From: an uncultured Pelagibacteraceae bacterium
GTDB lineage: Bacteria > Pseudomonadota > Alphaproteobacteria > Pelagibacterales > Pelagibacteraceae
Reading direction: 5' to 3'
Length of the DNA: 64,000 nucleotides
Assembly (NCBI GenBank): GCA_902572605.1
Contig: CACGGD010000001.1
Span: 95,861 to 159,860, forward strand
Part shown: positions 1 through 9,263 of the stretch, one piece after another
Layout: every line of letters starts with the position of its first letter
Numbering within the stretch: the stretch's first letter is position 1
Made by a program: the position numbers and the translations under genes
Notes under the pieces: generated by a model
The model's input: only the letters and a program-made list of their open reading frames with translations
The model's database searches: none
What the model was told of the DNA's origin: nothing

Positions 1-1332
1 AATAACTTTATTTCCATAATCTTGATAATTTTCATGGCCTTTGCCTGCAATTAAAATTGTTTCATTGGGTTCTGCTTTTGATATAGCCTCTTTAATTGCT
101 TTAGACCTGTTTCCTATATTAAAATAATTGCTACCTTTGAGATAACTTATGATTTCTTTTCTAATTTTCTTTGGATCTTCTTTTCTAGGATTATCATCAG
201 TCACATAAATCTTTTCACAAAAAGATTTTGCAATTTTGGCCATTAAAGATCTTTTCTTAAAATCTCTTTCACCTCCGCAACCAAAAACTAAAGAAATCTT
301 ATTATTAAAACTATTTTTTATCGATTTTATAACTTTTTGTAATGCATCCGGTGTATGGGCATAGTCAATGAATACTCTTATGTTGTTTGGGTATTTTTTA
401 ATTAAATCTAGTCTGCCATCAACATTTTTAATTTTTTTTAATACACTATCAATTTTAATTTGATTTAAATTACATAATCGTGCTGCTAAAATTGCCATGG
501 ATAAATTTTTTATTTGAAATGATCCAACCAAAGATAGAGAGAGTTTTTTAACATTATTAAATGTTCTACTAATATCCAATACTCTCAATTTCCTATTTTT
601 AGAAATTTTTTCTAAAGTTGAATATTCTTTAATAAACTTATCAGTAATCACATAACTTTTTTTAGGTAATAATTTTGAAAATAAAATTAGTTTTGCTTTT
701 AAATAAGCTTTCATTGTCTTATGATAATCTAGGTGATCTTGGCTAAAGTTAGTAAAAATACCTGCTTTTAGTTTAAGATTATCTAATCTATTTTGATCTA
801 AACCGTGACTAGAAGCTTCAATGATAACATTATCAATTTTATTTTTCTTTAATTCTTGTAAATTTTTGTGGAGTGTTATTACGTCTGGTGAAGTAAGATT
901 AGTTTTAATAAATTTCTTTTTATATCTTATACCTAGTGTTCCGATTGAAGCGACAGGAATATTGTTCATTTGTAATATTTGATAAAAAAAATCAGCCACA
1001 GATGTTTTTCCGTTTGTGCCTGTAACTGCGATAATATTTCTTGGTTTAAGTTTATAAAATCTAGAAGTTATCTCACTTAAATAATGTCTGATTTTTTTTG
1101 TTTTAATTACATTAACTTTTGTACTTTTGAATTTACACTTGTTTGAACAGATAATGATAATCGCTCCATTTTTAATTGCTTTATGAATGTAATTTTCACC
1201 ATTAAATTTATTTCCTTTTATTGCAAAAAAAATAAATCCTTTTTTCACGTCTTTACTGTTAAGAGCTAGACCTTTGATTGGTAGCTTTTTGAGATTTTGA
1301 GGAAGATTTTTAATTAAGTTTTTTAGCAACAT
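1..1332 (-). CDS. murE: UDP-N-acetylmuramoyl-L-alanyl-D-glutamate--diaminopimelate ligase (3' end runs off the window)
   Basis: Not in the ORF track. My minus-strand translation from ATG at 1332 gives MLLKNLIKNLP...AVTGTNGKTS...EASSHGLDQ...FSQDHLDYH...DYAHTPDAL...VFGCGGERD...TDDNPRKE...IAGKGHE, all MurE motifs. Overlaps the ftsI stop. Confidence 0.95.
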   Translation of the reverse strand, partial: MLLKNLIKNLPQNLKKLPIKGLALNSKDVKKGFIFFAIKGNKFNGENYIHKAIKNGAIIIICSNKCKFKSTKVNVIKTKKIRHYLSEITSRFYKLKPRNIIAVTGTNGKTSVADFFYQILQMNNIPVASIGTLGIRYKKKFIKTNLTSPDVITLHKNLQELKKNKIDNVIIEASSHGLDQNRLDNLKLKAGIFTNFSQDHLDYHKTMKAYLKAKLILFSKLLPKKSYVITDKFIKEYSTLEKISKNRKLRVLDISRTFNNVKKLSLSLVGSFQIKNLSMAILAARLCNLNQIKIDSVLKKIKNVDGRLDLIKKYPNNIRVFIDYAHTPDALQKVIKSIKNSFNNKISLVFGCGGERDFKKRSLMAKIAKSFCEKIYVTDDNPRKEDPKKIRKEIISYLKGSNYFNIGNRSKAIKEAISKAEPNETILIAGKGHENYQDYGNKVI

Positions 1333-3037
1333 GATTGTTGTAAAATTCTTCATTCTTTATGGCTAAAATAGGTCCAATTTTCTTTATAATTTTGCCCGCA
1401 ACATAAACAGAGTTCCAGCCTGCTTCATTTCTGGTTCCTTTAATTTTCATCCCTCTATAATCATAAATTAAATCAGAAGCAACTTGGGGATTTTCTAACA
1501 TTACAAATAAAACATACTTTGGGTCTTGAGAAGGAAACACTGAAATAAAACTATTAAGATTTTCATTTTCATTTCCATACTTTTTCGAAGTTCCAGTTTT
1601 TCCTCCAACATCATACCCATAAATATCAGCTAAACTAGCAGTACCCTCTTTTTCGGTTACTACTTTTCTTAAAATAGTATTTATTTTTTTACTGGTTTCT
1701 GATGAAATTAACTTTTTATGCTTTTGATATTTTGCTTTCTTAACAATTGTTGGTTTTATAATATTGCCACCATTAGTTAATGCAGCGTAAGTTGTTGTTG
1801 CTTGTAATGGGGTCACTGTAATTCCATGACCATATGAAATAGTCTCTAGCTTACATTTATTCCACTTAAAACTTAAAGGAGTTCCTAGTTCTTCTAATTC
1901 TAATTCTGGTGTATTTAATAAATTAGATTTTTTGATAAAATCCTTATAATTTTCTTCACCAATTTTTTTAGCTAACATTAGAGTACCTATATTTGAAGAT
2001 CGAATTAATATATCTTCTACTGATAAATCTTTGGGAAATTCTTTAATATCTGATATTTCATGGATAGAACATTTAATTTTTCTTGGTATATTTTTAATAA
2101 TCGTTTCAGGTGATACTAAGTTTTTTTCAATAGCTAGAGCAATTGTAAATGTTTTAAAAATAGATCCTAATTCATAAACACCCTTAGTTATTTTATTTAT
2201 ATAATTTTTATCTTTAATATTTTCTCTTACATTGATATTAAAATTAGGCAAAGAGACTAGAGATAAAATCTCTCCGTTGTTAGAGTCTATTAGTATAGCA
2301 GCTCCTCCAGGTGCATTAAAGGTTTCTAAAGCTTTATTTAGTTCCTCATCAATTATATGTTGAATATTTGTATCTAAAGTTAATTGTAACGGTTTATTTA
2401 ATAACATTTTATCTTTGAGTTCTTTATCAAAATATTTTTCAACTCCAGAAACTCCATAGTTATCATAATCAACTTGACCTAAAATGTGGCCATATAGATT
2501 TGCATGAGTATAAATTCTTGATTGGAAAGGTTCAAAAATTATTCCTTTTTCTCCCAGAGACCAAAGTTTTTCTTTGTCGTTTTGATCAAGTCTCTTCTTT
2601 AAATAAAAATATTTATCCTTATCTAATTTTTCCTCAATCTTTTTAATTGGTAAATTAGGAAAATTTAATCTTATTTTAATTAAAAAATTTTCTTTGTTTT
2701 TTATTAGATTAGGTTTGATAGCTGCATGAAAAGACTTTACGTTTCTAGATATTAAAATTCCATTTCTGTCAATTATATCCCTTCTTAAAGCTATAAAATG
2801 AGAAGAATTGTTTTTTTTATTGTAAGTCTGAATATTTTTTAAAGACACAAAAATAATTTTAATAGAAAATATTGTGATTAAAGAAAAAAATAGAAAAAAG
2901 AGAAGATAAACTCTATCCTGAGAAATACTAGAATTTTTAATCTTCTTTTTTTTTTGATTAGTTTCTAAATAATCTTCAAAATAAAAGCTTTTTTGATTAA
3001 TATTAATATCTTTATTTTTTCTGAATTTTCTTTTCAT
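1310..3037 (-). CDS. ftsI: Septal class B penicillin-binding protein (PBP3)
   Basis: Single N-terminal TM, RRDIIDRNG dimerisation-domain motif, SxxK (SIFK), SxN (SSN) and KTG motifs; dcw position between ftsL and murE. Confidence 0.93.
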   Translation of the reverse strand: MKRKFRKNKDININQKSFYFEDYLETNQKKKKIKNSSISQDRVYLLFFLFFSLITIFSIKIIFVSLKNIQTYNKKNNSSHFIALRRDIIDRNGILISRNVKSFHAAIKPNLIKNKENFLIKIRLNFPNLPIKKIEEKLDKDKYFYLKKRLDQNDKEKLWSLGEKGIIFEPFQSRIYTHANLYGHILGQVDYDNYGVSGVEKYFDKELKDKMLLNKPLQLTLDTNIQHIIDEELNKALETFNAPGGAAILIDSNNGEILSLVSLPNFNINVRENIKDKNYINKITKGVYELGSIFKTFTIALAIEKNLVSPETIIKNIPRKIKCSIHEISDIKEFPKDLSVEDILIRSSNIGTLMLAKKIGEENYKDFIKKSNLLNTPELELEELGTPLSFKWNKCKLETISYGHGITVTPLQATTTYAALTNGGNIIKPTIVKKAKYQKHKKLISSETSKKINTILRKVVTEKEGTASLADIYGYDVGGKTGTSKKYGNENENLNSFISVFPSQDPKYVLFVMLENPQVASDLIYDYRGMKIKGTRNEAGWNSVYVAGKIIKKIGPILAIKNEEFYNNHVAKKLN

Positions 3038-3350
3038 TGTCTATTTTAAGAATTGTTATTTTTTTTTGAGAATCTTCAAAATCTTTGTAACTTAAATATA
3101 TTCTTGAAAAATCCATTGGCATATATTCTATAAAAGATAATTGCTTAATCTTTTTTGATAAGTAACCAGGTGATGAAACATAAAAATAGTCTAATTGAGT
3201 TTCATGTAAATCTTTTTGTATTTCTGCAATTTTTCTGTCAATTTTACGAATATCCTTTTCAACAACTCTTGTTTTATTTTTTATTGTAGACGTAACTCCT
3301 AATAAAATTGAAAATATAAGAATTGATATCATTAAATTGATTTTAGACAT
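3012..3350 (-). CDS. ftsL: Cell division protein FtsL-like (TM plus coiled coil)
   Basis: 112 aa, N-terminal TM followed by a heptad region; canonical position between rsmH and ftsI. Confidence 0.7.
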   Translation of the reverse strand: MSKINLMISILIFSILLGVTSTIKNKTRVVEKDIRKIDRKIAEIQKDLHETQLDYFYVSSPGYLSKKIKQLSFIEYMPMDFSRIYLSYKDFEDSQKKITILKIDNEKKIQKK

Positions 3351-4356
3351 GTGATCTCTCCAAATCTAAATATCTTTTAAACTTATTTACTAATTCATTT
3401 GGATAAATAAATTCATTTTTATTTCTAATGGCATATCTCAGTTTAGCTGAACGAGAAGGTGGATTTTTGATAATTTCTTTATTAGAAGGTTTAAATATTT
3501 TATTTTTATATTTATCGAATAAAGAAATATTAAGATCTTTATTTTCAGGAAAATATCTAGAAGGTTTAGAACGACTAGAGGAAAAATTTCTAAAAAAATA
3601 TTTTACAATTTTATCCTCGATTGAATGAAAACTAACAATTAATATTTTTCCTCCAGGTTTTAAAATTTTTGTTGCATTTATAACCCCATCTACTAGCTCA
3701 GTAATTTCTTTATTTACAAATATTCTCAAAGCTTGAAAAGTTTTTGTACTCGGATTTATGTTGTTTCTATGGTTCTTCTTTTTACTTTTTTCAATAATTG
3801 ATACAAGTTCATCAACCCTTGTAATCTTTTTTATTAACCGAGTTTTAATTATATTTCTTGCGATTCTTGATGCTTCTTTTTCTTCTCCTAAAATTTTAAT
3901 AATAGACTTTAGTGTTTGTTCGCTAAAATTATTTACTACTTCTTCAGCAGAAGTTACTGCGAGACCCATCGACATATCTAGTTTATCTTTGGAATTAAAA
4001 GAAAAACCTCTTTTTAAATTTTTTAACTGAATTGAAGATAAGCCTAGGTCAAATACCACAGCATCAACTGATTGGTTTTTAACAACAGTATTCACCTTAC
4101 TAAATCTTTTTTGATGAAATAAAAATCTATTTGGATATTTTTTTTCTAAATCTTTACTGATTTTTATAATGAATGCATCTCTATCTAGGGCTATAACTTT
4201 TGTCTTAGGGAACTTGAGTAATTTCTTTGAATAGCCTCCTCCTCCAAAAGTGCAATCTATGTAAATACCACCTTTACTAGGAGAGCAAATTTTAATTACC
4301 TCATCCAACATCACCGGAAAATGGGGGTATTCCGATGATGAAGTTGGAGTGATCAT
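3343..4356 (-). CDS. rsmH: 16S rRNA m4C1402 methyltransferase (MraW)
   Basis: HFPVML, DCTFGGGGYS, FDLGLSSIQL, RGFSF, TKTFQALRIFVN, SFHSIEDKIVK, NPPSRSAKLR. Confidence 0.97.
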   Translation of the reverse strand: MITPTSSSEYPHFPVMLDEVIKICSPSKGGIYIDCTFGGGGYSKKLLKFPKTKVIALDRDAFIIKISKDLEKKYPNRFLFHQKRFSKVNTVVKNQSVDAVVFDLGLSSIQLKNLKRGFSFNSKDKLDMSMGLAVTSAEEVVNNFSEQTLKSIIKILGEEKEASRIARNIIKTRLIKKITRVDELVSIIEKSKKKNHRNNINPSTKTFQALRIFVNKEITELVDGVINATKILKPGGKILIVSFHSIEDKIVKYFFRNFSSSRSKPSRYFPENKDLNISLFDKYKNKIFKPSNKEIIKNPPSRSAKLRYAIRNKNEFIYPNELVNKFKRYLDLERSHV

Positions 4357-4374
4357 AATGATATAGTTTAATCA

Positions 4375-5862
4375 TTAAAATTTTTGTTTTCTCAAAAATG
4401 CAGGAATTTCAAAATCTTCTTCTTCGTTTGAGTCCAGATCCAAAAGTTTTTCTGTATGTTCATCTCTACCAGTCTCTTCTAATTCTGTTTCGTCTTGAGA
4501 TTTGATATCATGTAAAAAAAGTTGAGGTGTGTGCCCTTCTTCATTGCTTGTCTCAACATCTGAAGCAGTGCTTTCTTCATGAGTGGATTGTGAAATATCC
4601 TCGTTACTTTCTATGTAAGATGCATTTTCTATGGAAACACCTGCAGGGATATTATTCACTTTCGACTCTATCTCTGGTTCAGACGTGTTTAGTTCTAAAT
4701 CATTAATTATAGGTTGTTGTTCTTTATTATTGAATTCAAACTTTTCATCAAGTTTAAGAGCAGTTGCTCCTTCGATTGAATTAAAAGTATTATTCTCTAT
4801 ATTGTTTGTATTTTGTGAAAATAGATCATCAGAATACCCATGGTTTCTATTTTGTATTCTTGAAGTCATATTTAAAACAGTATTAGTTTGAGGTTTATGA
4901 CCGTCTAAAGCTGTGGCAACAATTGAGACTCTCATTTTGCCTTCCATGTTTTCATCTTTTATAGCACCAAAGATTAATTCTACTTCTGGATCAACTTCGG
5001 CTCTAACTTTTTGAACGGTTTGATCGACCTCAAATAATTTTAGATCTTTACCACCAGTAATATTAATTAATAATCCTTTAGCACCTTTAAGAGAATATTC
5101 GTCAATTAATGGATTATTTAGAGCCATTTCAGTAGCAGCCATTGCTCTGTTTTCTCCTTCAGCTTCTCCAGTTCCCATCATTGCTTTACCCATAGAACTC
5201 ATTACTGTCTCTACATCAGCAAAATCCAAGTTAATCATTCCTGGTCTTACCATTAAATCAGTTACACTTTGCACGCCATGTCTCAAAACATTATTTGATA
5301 AATGAAAGGACTCCTCAAATGTTGTTGTCTCACTGGCAATTTTAAAAAGATTTTGATTTGGCACAACAATAGTAGTGTCCAAATGTTTTTTTAATGCCTC
5401 TAGTCCCTCTACAGCTCTTCTCATTCTTTTTGATCCTTCGTAGTCAAAAGGTAATGTAGTAACTCCAACAGTTAAAATATTAAGTTCTTTAGCTGCTTTA
5501 GCTATAACGTGAGAAGCTCCAGTACCAGTTCCTCCTCCCATTCCAGCAGCAATAAAAACCATGTTGCTTCCTTGTATATAATTAACTATTTCACCTATTG
5601 ATTCATCTGCAGCTGCTTGACCAATATTATGTTTTGCTCCAGCTCCTAGACCTTTAGTTAAATTCATACCTATTTGGATTTTTGCATGTGCTTTACTCTT
5701 TTTTAAATCTTGTGCATCTGTATTAATTGCTACAAATTCAACGCCTTCCATTCCGGACTCGATCATTTCATTAATCGCATTTCCACCTGCTCCGCCGATC
5801 CCTAAAACTAGAATTCTAGGCTTTAATTCTTTTAATTCTCCTCCTCCAATATTTATACTCAT
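4375..5862 (-). CDS. ftsZ: Cell division GTPase FtsZ with long acidic linker
   Basis: GGAGGN, NTDAQ, tubulin signature GGGTGTG, T7 loop INLDFADV, C-terminal peptide FEIPAFLRKQ. Confidence 0.97.
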   Translation of the reverse strand: MSINIGGGELKELKPRILVLGIGGAGGNAINEMIESGMEGVEFVAINTDAQDLKKSKAHAKIQIGMNLTKGLGAGAKHNIGQAAADESIGEIVNYIQGSNMVFIAAGMGGGTGTGASHVIAKAAKELNILTVGVTTLPFDYEGSKRMRRAVEGLEALKKHLDTTIVVPNQNLFKIASETTTFEESFHLSNNVLRHGVQSVTDLMVRPGMINLDFADVETVMSSMGKAMMGTGEAEGENRAMAATEMALNNPLIDEYSLKGAKGLLINITGGKDLKLFEVDQTVQKVRAEVDPEVELIFGAIKDENMEGKMRVSIVATALDGHKPQTNTVLNMTSRIQNRNHGYSDDLFSQNTNNIENNTFNSIEGATALKLDEKFEFNNKEQQPIINDLELNTSEPEIESKVNNIPAGVSIENASYIESNEDISQSTHEESTASDVETSNEEGHTPQLFLHDIKSQDETELEETGRDEHTEKLLDLDSNEEEDFEIPAFLRKQKF

Positions 5863-6323
5863 TCTAACTCCCCTTTCTGTTTATTTTCCCATTTTAGATT
5901 TGATCTATTTTGATAAGCTTTTTTTCTTGCTAGTAGTTTAAATTTTTCAAATATTTTTGGCTCCCATATTTGGAAAGTCTTTCCAAGACCAACAAATAAG
6001 ATATTATTCTTTATGTTGGCGTGATTTAGCAATTTTTCCGTTAGTGATACTCTGCCTTCAGTATCAAATTGTAGGTTTACACTTTCCGATAATATTGAAG
6101 TTGCAAAATAATCTCTTTTTTCTTCAAATGGATTTAATGAGTCTATAGTATTAGATAATTTTTCAATTCTATCTTGAGAGCAAGCCTCTAAAGCAGAGTA
6201 ATTAAATGATGGATAACTTATAAATCCGTTATAGCCTAAAGAGCTTAAATGAGATCTAAAAGTAGAAGGCACTGATACCCTTCCTTTCTTGTCCAACTTG
6301 TTTTCGTAACTTGATAAAAACAT
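5859..6323 (-). CDS. mraZ: Division/cell-wall cluster transcriptional repressor MraZ
   Basis: Two DxxGR motifs (LDKKGRVSVP, FDTEGRVSL) and FVGLGKTFQIW; head of the dcw cluster. Confidence 0.95.
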   Translation of the reverse strand: MFLSSYENKLDKKGRVSVPSTFRSHLSSLGYNGFISYPSFNYSALEACSQDRIEKLSNTIDSLNPFEEKRDYFATSILSESVNLQFDTEGRVSLTEKLLNHANIKNNILFVGLGKTFQIWEPKIFEKFKLLARKKAYQNRSNLKWENKQKGELE

Positions 6324-6374
6324 TTCTTTCTAAAACCTCAATTTTCTTCAATATCTTCAAATCACCCTCCATTA

Positions 6375-6417
6375 TGGGATTATTTGGGATCGTATGGGTT
6401 TTAATCTAAATAGTCAA
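6375..6417 (-). promoter_or_regulatory. Putative sigma70 promoter of the dcw cluster overlapped by three TGGGN repeats (MraZ-box-like)
   Basis: Minus strand TTGACT (6417-6412)-N17-TACGAT (6394-6389). Plus strand TGGGA/TGGGA/TGGGT at 6375, 6385 and 6395, an exact 10-bp period. Confidence 0.7.
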
Positions 6418-6473
6418 TATAATAGTTTTTTGATTATTAGTACAAAAAGGGAACATTTTTAAGAAAAAAAAAG

Positions 6474-6828
6474 GCCAGATAGTTTATAAGCCGGGTTCTG
6501 TCATTGAAGATGTCATTTATCTAGGCTTAAGTTCGCACTCAAGCTCAAGCGGTTAACCCAGAAGACTAACTAAAGACTGTTTTTAGCTTTTCAGCAGTGT
6601 CTTCTCTATTTAACCTTGCTCCCAGTGGGGTTTGCCCTGCGTTTTTTGTTGCCAAAAAACCGGTGAGCTCTTACCTCGCCGTTTCACCCTTGCCTTGATT
6701 AGGCGGTTTATTTTCTGTGGCACTATCCCTGAAGTCACCTTCGCCAGTCATTAACTGGCACTGTGTCTTTACGGAGCCCGGACTTTCCTCTATTAGCAAA
6801 GCTAATAGCGACAATCCAACTATCTGGC
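6474..6828 (-). ncRNA. rnpB: RNase P RNA (bacterial type A)
   Basis: Minus strand has GAGGAAAGTCCGGGCTCC near the 5' end and ACAGAACCCGGCTTAT near the 3' end. Terminal P1 helix GCCAGATAGTT/AACTATCTGGC is followed by a T-run. Confidence 0.97.
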
Positions 6829-6870
6829 ACAGAGTGTTTAGTGTTTTAAATGTATAAAATCAAGTAAAAT

Positions 6871-7599
6871 TTAGTGATTTTTAGCTAAATAATCACTTAT
6901 TTTGAGGCATTCTAGGTCTATTTTTCCATTAACCTTTTCTTGTCTAAATCTCCTTTGAAAAGATTTAATTATGAAAATATCAGTTTTTGAGAATTTCTCT
7001 TTATTAAAATATCTATAACCAATTTTATACAAATTTTTAAAAAAAAATTTTCTAATACTCTTTGCTCTCAATTTTTTAAATAAAGAGGTTTGTTTATTTA
7101 AATCTAAAGGATACCAAATCCCTATCTTCTTTTCTTTCAGTTTAAACCAAGGAAATTTCTCTCCTGGATCAAATTTTCTTAATGGAGCTATATCAGAATG
7201 TCCTAAAATATTAGGATTTTTTATTTTATATTTTTTTTTTAATTTAATACAAAGCCTAACTAATGCATTTATTTGCTTTTGGGGAAATTTTTGATAACCA
7301 AATCTATGACCTTTATTTTCAAGCTCAATACCAATAGAATTGATATTAAGATTTTCTAGTTTACCCCACTTTGATTTACCCGCGTGCCAAGCAATATTAC
7401 AATCTTCAACCATTTGAAAAATTTTTCCTTCTCTGCTAATTAAATAATGACAGCTTACTTTATGCTTTGAGCTCAGCAATCTTTTAATAGATGCACGCAT
7501 AGATTGCATTCCAGTATAATGAATAATTAAAAATTTAATTTTTCCTTTATTTCTAGCTTTTTTAGAGAAATTCAAAGATTTAAGAGGTGTTAGATTCAT
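6871..7599 (-). CDS. N-acetylmuramoyl-L-alanine amidase (Amidase_2, AmpD/AmiD-like) with C-terminal PG-binding domain
   Basis: IIHYTG, VSCHYLI, AWHAGKSKW, SIGIELEN, GHSDIAPLRKFDPG, FQRRFR. ATG at 7599 preferred over the TTG start at 7632. Confidence 0.9.
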   Translation of the reverse strand: MNLTPLKSLNFSKKARNKGKIKFLIIHYTGMQSMRASIKRLLSSKHKVSCHYLISREGKIFQMVEDCNIAWHAGKSKWGKLENLNINSIGIELENKGHRFGYQKFPQKQINALVRLCIKLKKKYKIKNPNILGHSDIAPLRKFDPGEKFPWFKLKEKKIGIWYPLDLNKQTSLFKKLRAKSIRKFFFKNLYKIGYRYFNKEKFSKTDIFIIKSFQRRFRQEKVNGKIDLECLKISDYLAKNH

Positions 7600-7708
7600 T
7601 TTTCTGGCTAATTTCTTGACAAATATAAACAAAATTGAAGGTAAAATCTCTTATAAAATAAAGGCATGATTTATGGCAATATCTAACTAATTTATATATA
7701 TAGCTCAT

Positions 7709-8455
7709 ATGAGATTTAAAAAAATATACTCTATAACTTGCTCTATTCTCTTAATGTTATCTGTAAATGCTTATGCAGAAACAAATAATAAAGAGTGTTT
7801 TGAAAAAGTCAGCAGAGGGATTTTTAAATTTAACCAAGGTTTCGATAAAGTAATTTTGAAGCCAGTTGCTAAAGGGTATAATAAACTTCCTGAACCGATT
7901 AGAAATGGAACAAGTAATTTTACTTCAAATATTGCAACATTATTATCAATTCCTAACCATCTTCTTCAAGGGGAGATAAGATTAGCAGGCCATGCCTCCG
8001 GTAGTTTTTTAATTAATACAACTGTAGGAGTACTTGGTCTTGGAAATCCTGCTGGACTGATGGGTTTAGAAAACCAAAAAGAAGATTTAGGACAAACACT
8101 AGGAACTTACGGTGTTCCAGGTGGATGTTATTTTGTATTACCAATTTTAGGACCGACTAATGTTAGAGATTCTGTAGGGATGGTAATAGACAATAATTAT
8201 CTTGATCCTTTTGCTAGAGTTACTTGGCATGAAAAGGAAATTAAGAATATTTCAGGCACCAAAATTGATTACTTAGGTGTAAAAGCTGCAAGTGCTGTCG
8301 ATTTTAGAGGAGATAATATGACTAACTTTGAGAGTTTGGAAAAAAATTCAATTGATTTATACGCAGCAACAAAAAGTTTATATCTACAAAATAGAAAAAA
8401 TAAAATTAATAACTCCAGTGGAGACGAAGATGATTGGGGAAATTTAGATAACTAA
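7709..8455 (+). CDS. mlaA: VacJ/MlaA outer-membrane lipid asymmetry protein
   Basis: FKFNQGFD...LKPVAKGY, INTTVGVLG, EDLGQTLG, YFVLPILGPTNVRD, DLY...YLQNR. Confidence 0.9.
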   Translation: MRFKKIYSITCSILLMLSVNAYAETNNKECFEKVSRGIFKFNQGFDKVILKPVAKGYNKLPEPIRNGTSNFTSNIATLLSIPNHLLQGEIRLAGHASGSFLINTTVGVLGLGNPAGLMGLENQKEDLGQTLGTYGVPGGCYFVLPILGPTNVRDSVGMVIDNNYLDPFARVTWHEKEIKNISGTKIDYLGVKAASAVDFRGDNMTNFESLEKNSIDLYAATKSLYLQNRKNKINNSSGDEDDWGNLDN

Positions 8456-8468
8456 GATTAATTTTATA

Positions 8469-9068
8469 ATGAAAAAATTAAGTCTAATTTTAGTATCTTT
8501 TTTTTTAGTCCTAAAAATAGCTTATGCAAATACTTATAGCTCTGATCCTCAAATATTTATTAAAGAATTAGTAAATGATGCAATTAGCAAACTATCAGAC
8601 AAAAATTTAACTGAGGATGAAAAAAAGAATTTTGTAGAAAAAATAGCTATAGAAAATGTAGATATTAATGCATTAAGCTTATATACGCTTGGAGAGTTAA
8701 GAAAAACAACGGATAAAAATATTTTAGAAAAATATCAAGAGGCTTTTAAAAATTACTTTTTAAAAAGTTTGACTTCAAGACTAACAGACTATTCATCAAA
8801 TAAATTCGAGATAATTAATGCTGAGAAAAAAAGTTCGAACTATACAATTGTAAGGTCAAAAATAGTTTCGAGTGACAATCAACCTGAGATCAAAATAGAC
8901 TGGAGAGTTTATACAAAAAATCCTGAAAAGCCTCTTATAAGAGATTTAATTGTTGAAGGATTGAGTTTAGCTAGAACTCAAAAAGAAGAGTTTTCCTCTA
9001 TACTAAATTCTAATAATAATGACATCAATTTTTTAATTTCCAAATTAGAAGAGTTTATAAATAGTTAA
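8469..9068 (+). CDS. mlaC: MlaC/Ttg2D periplasmic phospholipid-binding protein
   Basis: Signal peptide, IDWRV, IRDLIVEGLSLARTQKEEF; adjacent to mlaA. Confidence 0.88.
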   Translation: MKKLSLILVSFFLVLKIAYANTYSSDPQIFIKELVNDAISKLSDKNLTEDEKKNFVEKIAIENVDINALSLYTLGELRKTTDKNILEKYQEAFKNYFLKSLTSRLTDYSSNKFEIINAEKKSSNYTIVRSKIVSSDNQPEIKIDWRVYTKNPEKPLIRDLIVEGLSLARTQKEEFSSILNSNNNDINFLISKLEEFINS

Positions 9069-9072
9069 TTGA

Positions 9073-9149
9073 TGGTGGGCCCGCCAGGACTCGAACCTGG
9101 GACCAATACATTATGAGTGTACTGCTCTAACCAACTGAGCTACAGGCCC
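9073..9149 (-). tRNA. tRNA with CAT anticodon, most likely tRNA-Ile2 (lysidine-modified)
   Basis: GGGCCTGTAGCTCAGTTGGTTAGAGCA-GTACA-CTCATAA-TGTAT-TGGTC-CCAGGTTCGAGTCCTGG-CGGGCCC-ACCA. Acceptor stem is Ile-like; CCA is encoded. Confidence 0.93.
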
Positions 9150-9263
9150 AAAAAATTATCTTATCAATTATTACCATTAAAATTAGATAACTAAAATCCA
9201 ATAATTATAGATAAACCTTTAGTTTTTCAGATTTATTTGTTAAATCTTAAAGTTCTTATACCA

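Noticed and set aside
1-1332. murE-murF fusion
   Set aside because: The gene runs off the window before the end of the MurE domain, so this cannot be assessed.
6371-6400. CRISPR-like or VNTR repeat
   Set aside because: Only three 5-nt units at a 10-bp period; better explained as a protein-binding site. No cas genes are present.
9073-9149. tRNA-Met
   Set aside because: The anticodon is CAT, but it lacks initiator features (C1 mismatch, three G-C anticodon-stem pairs) and the acceptor stem resembles tRNA-Ile2. Elongator Met cannot be fully excluded.
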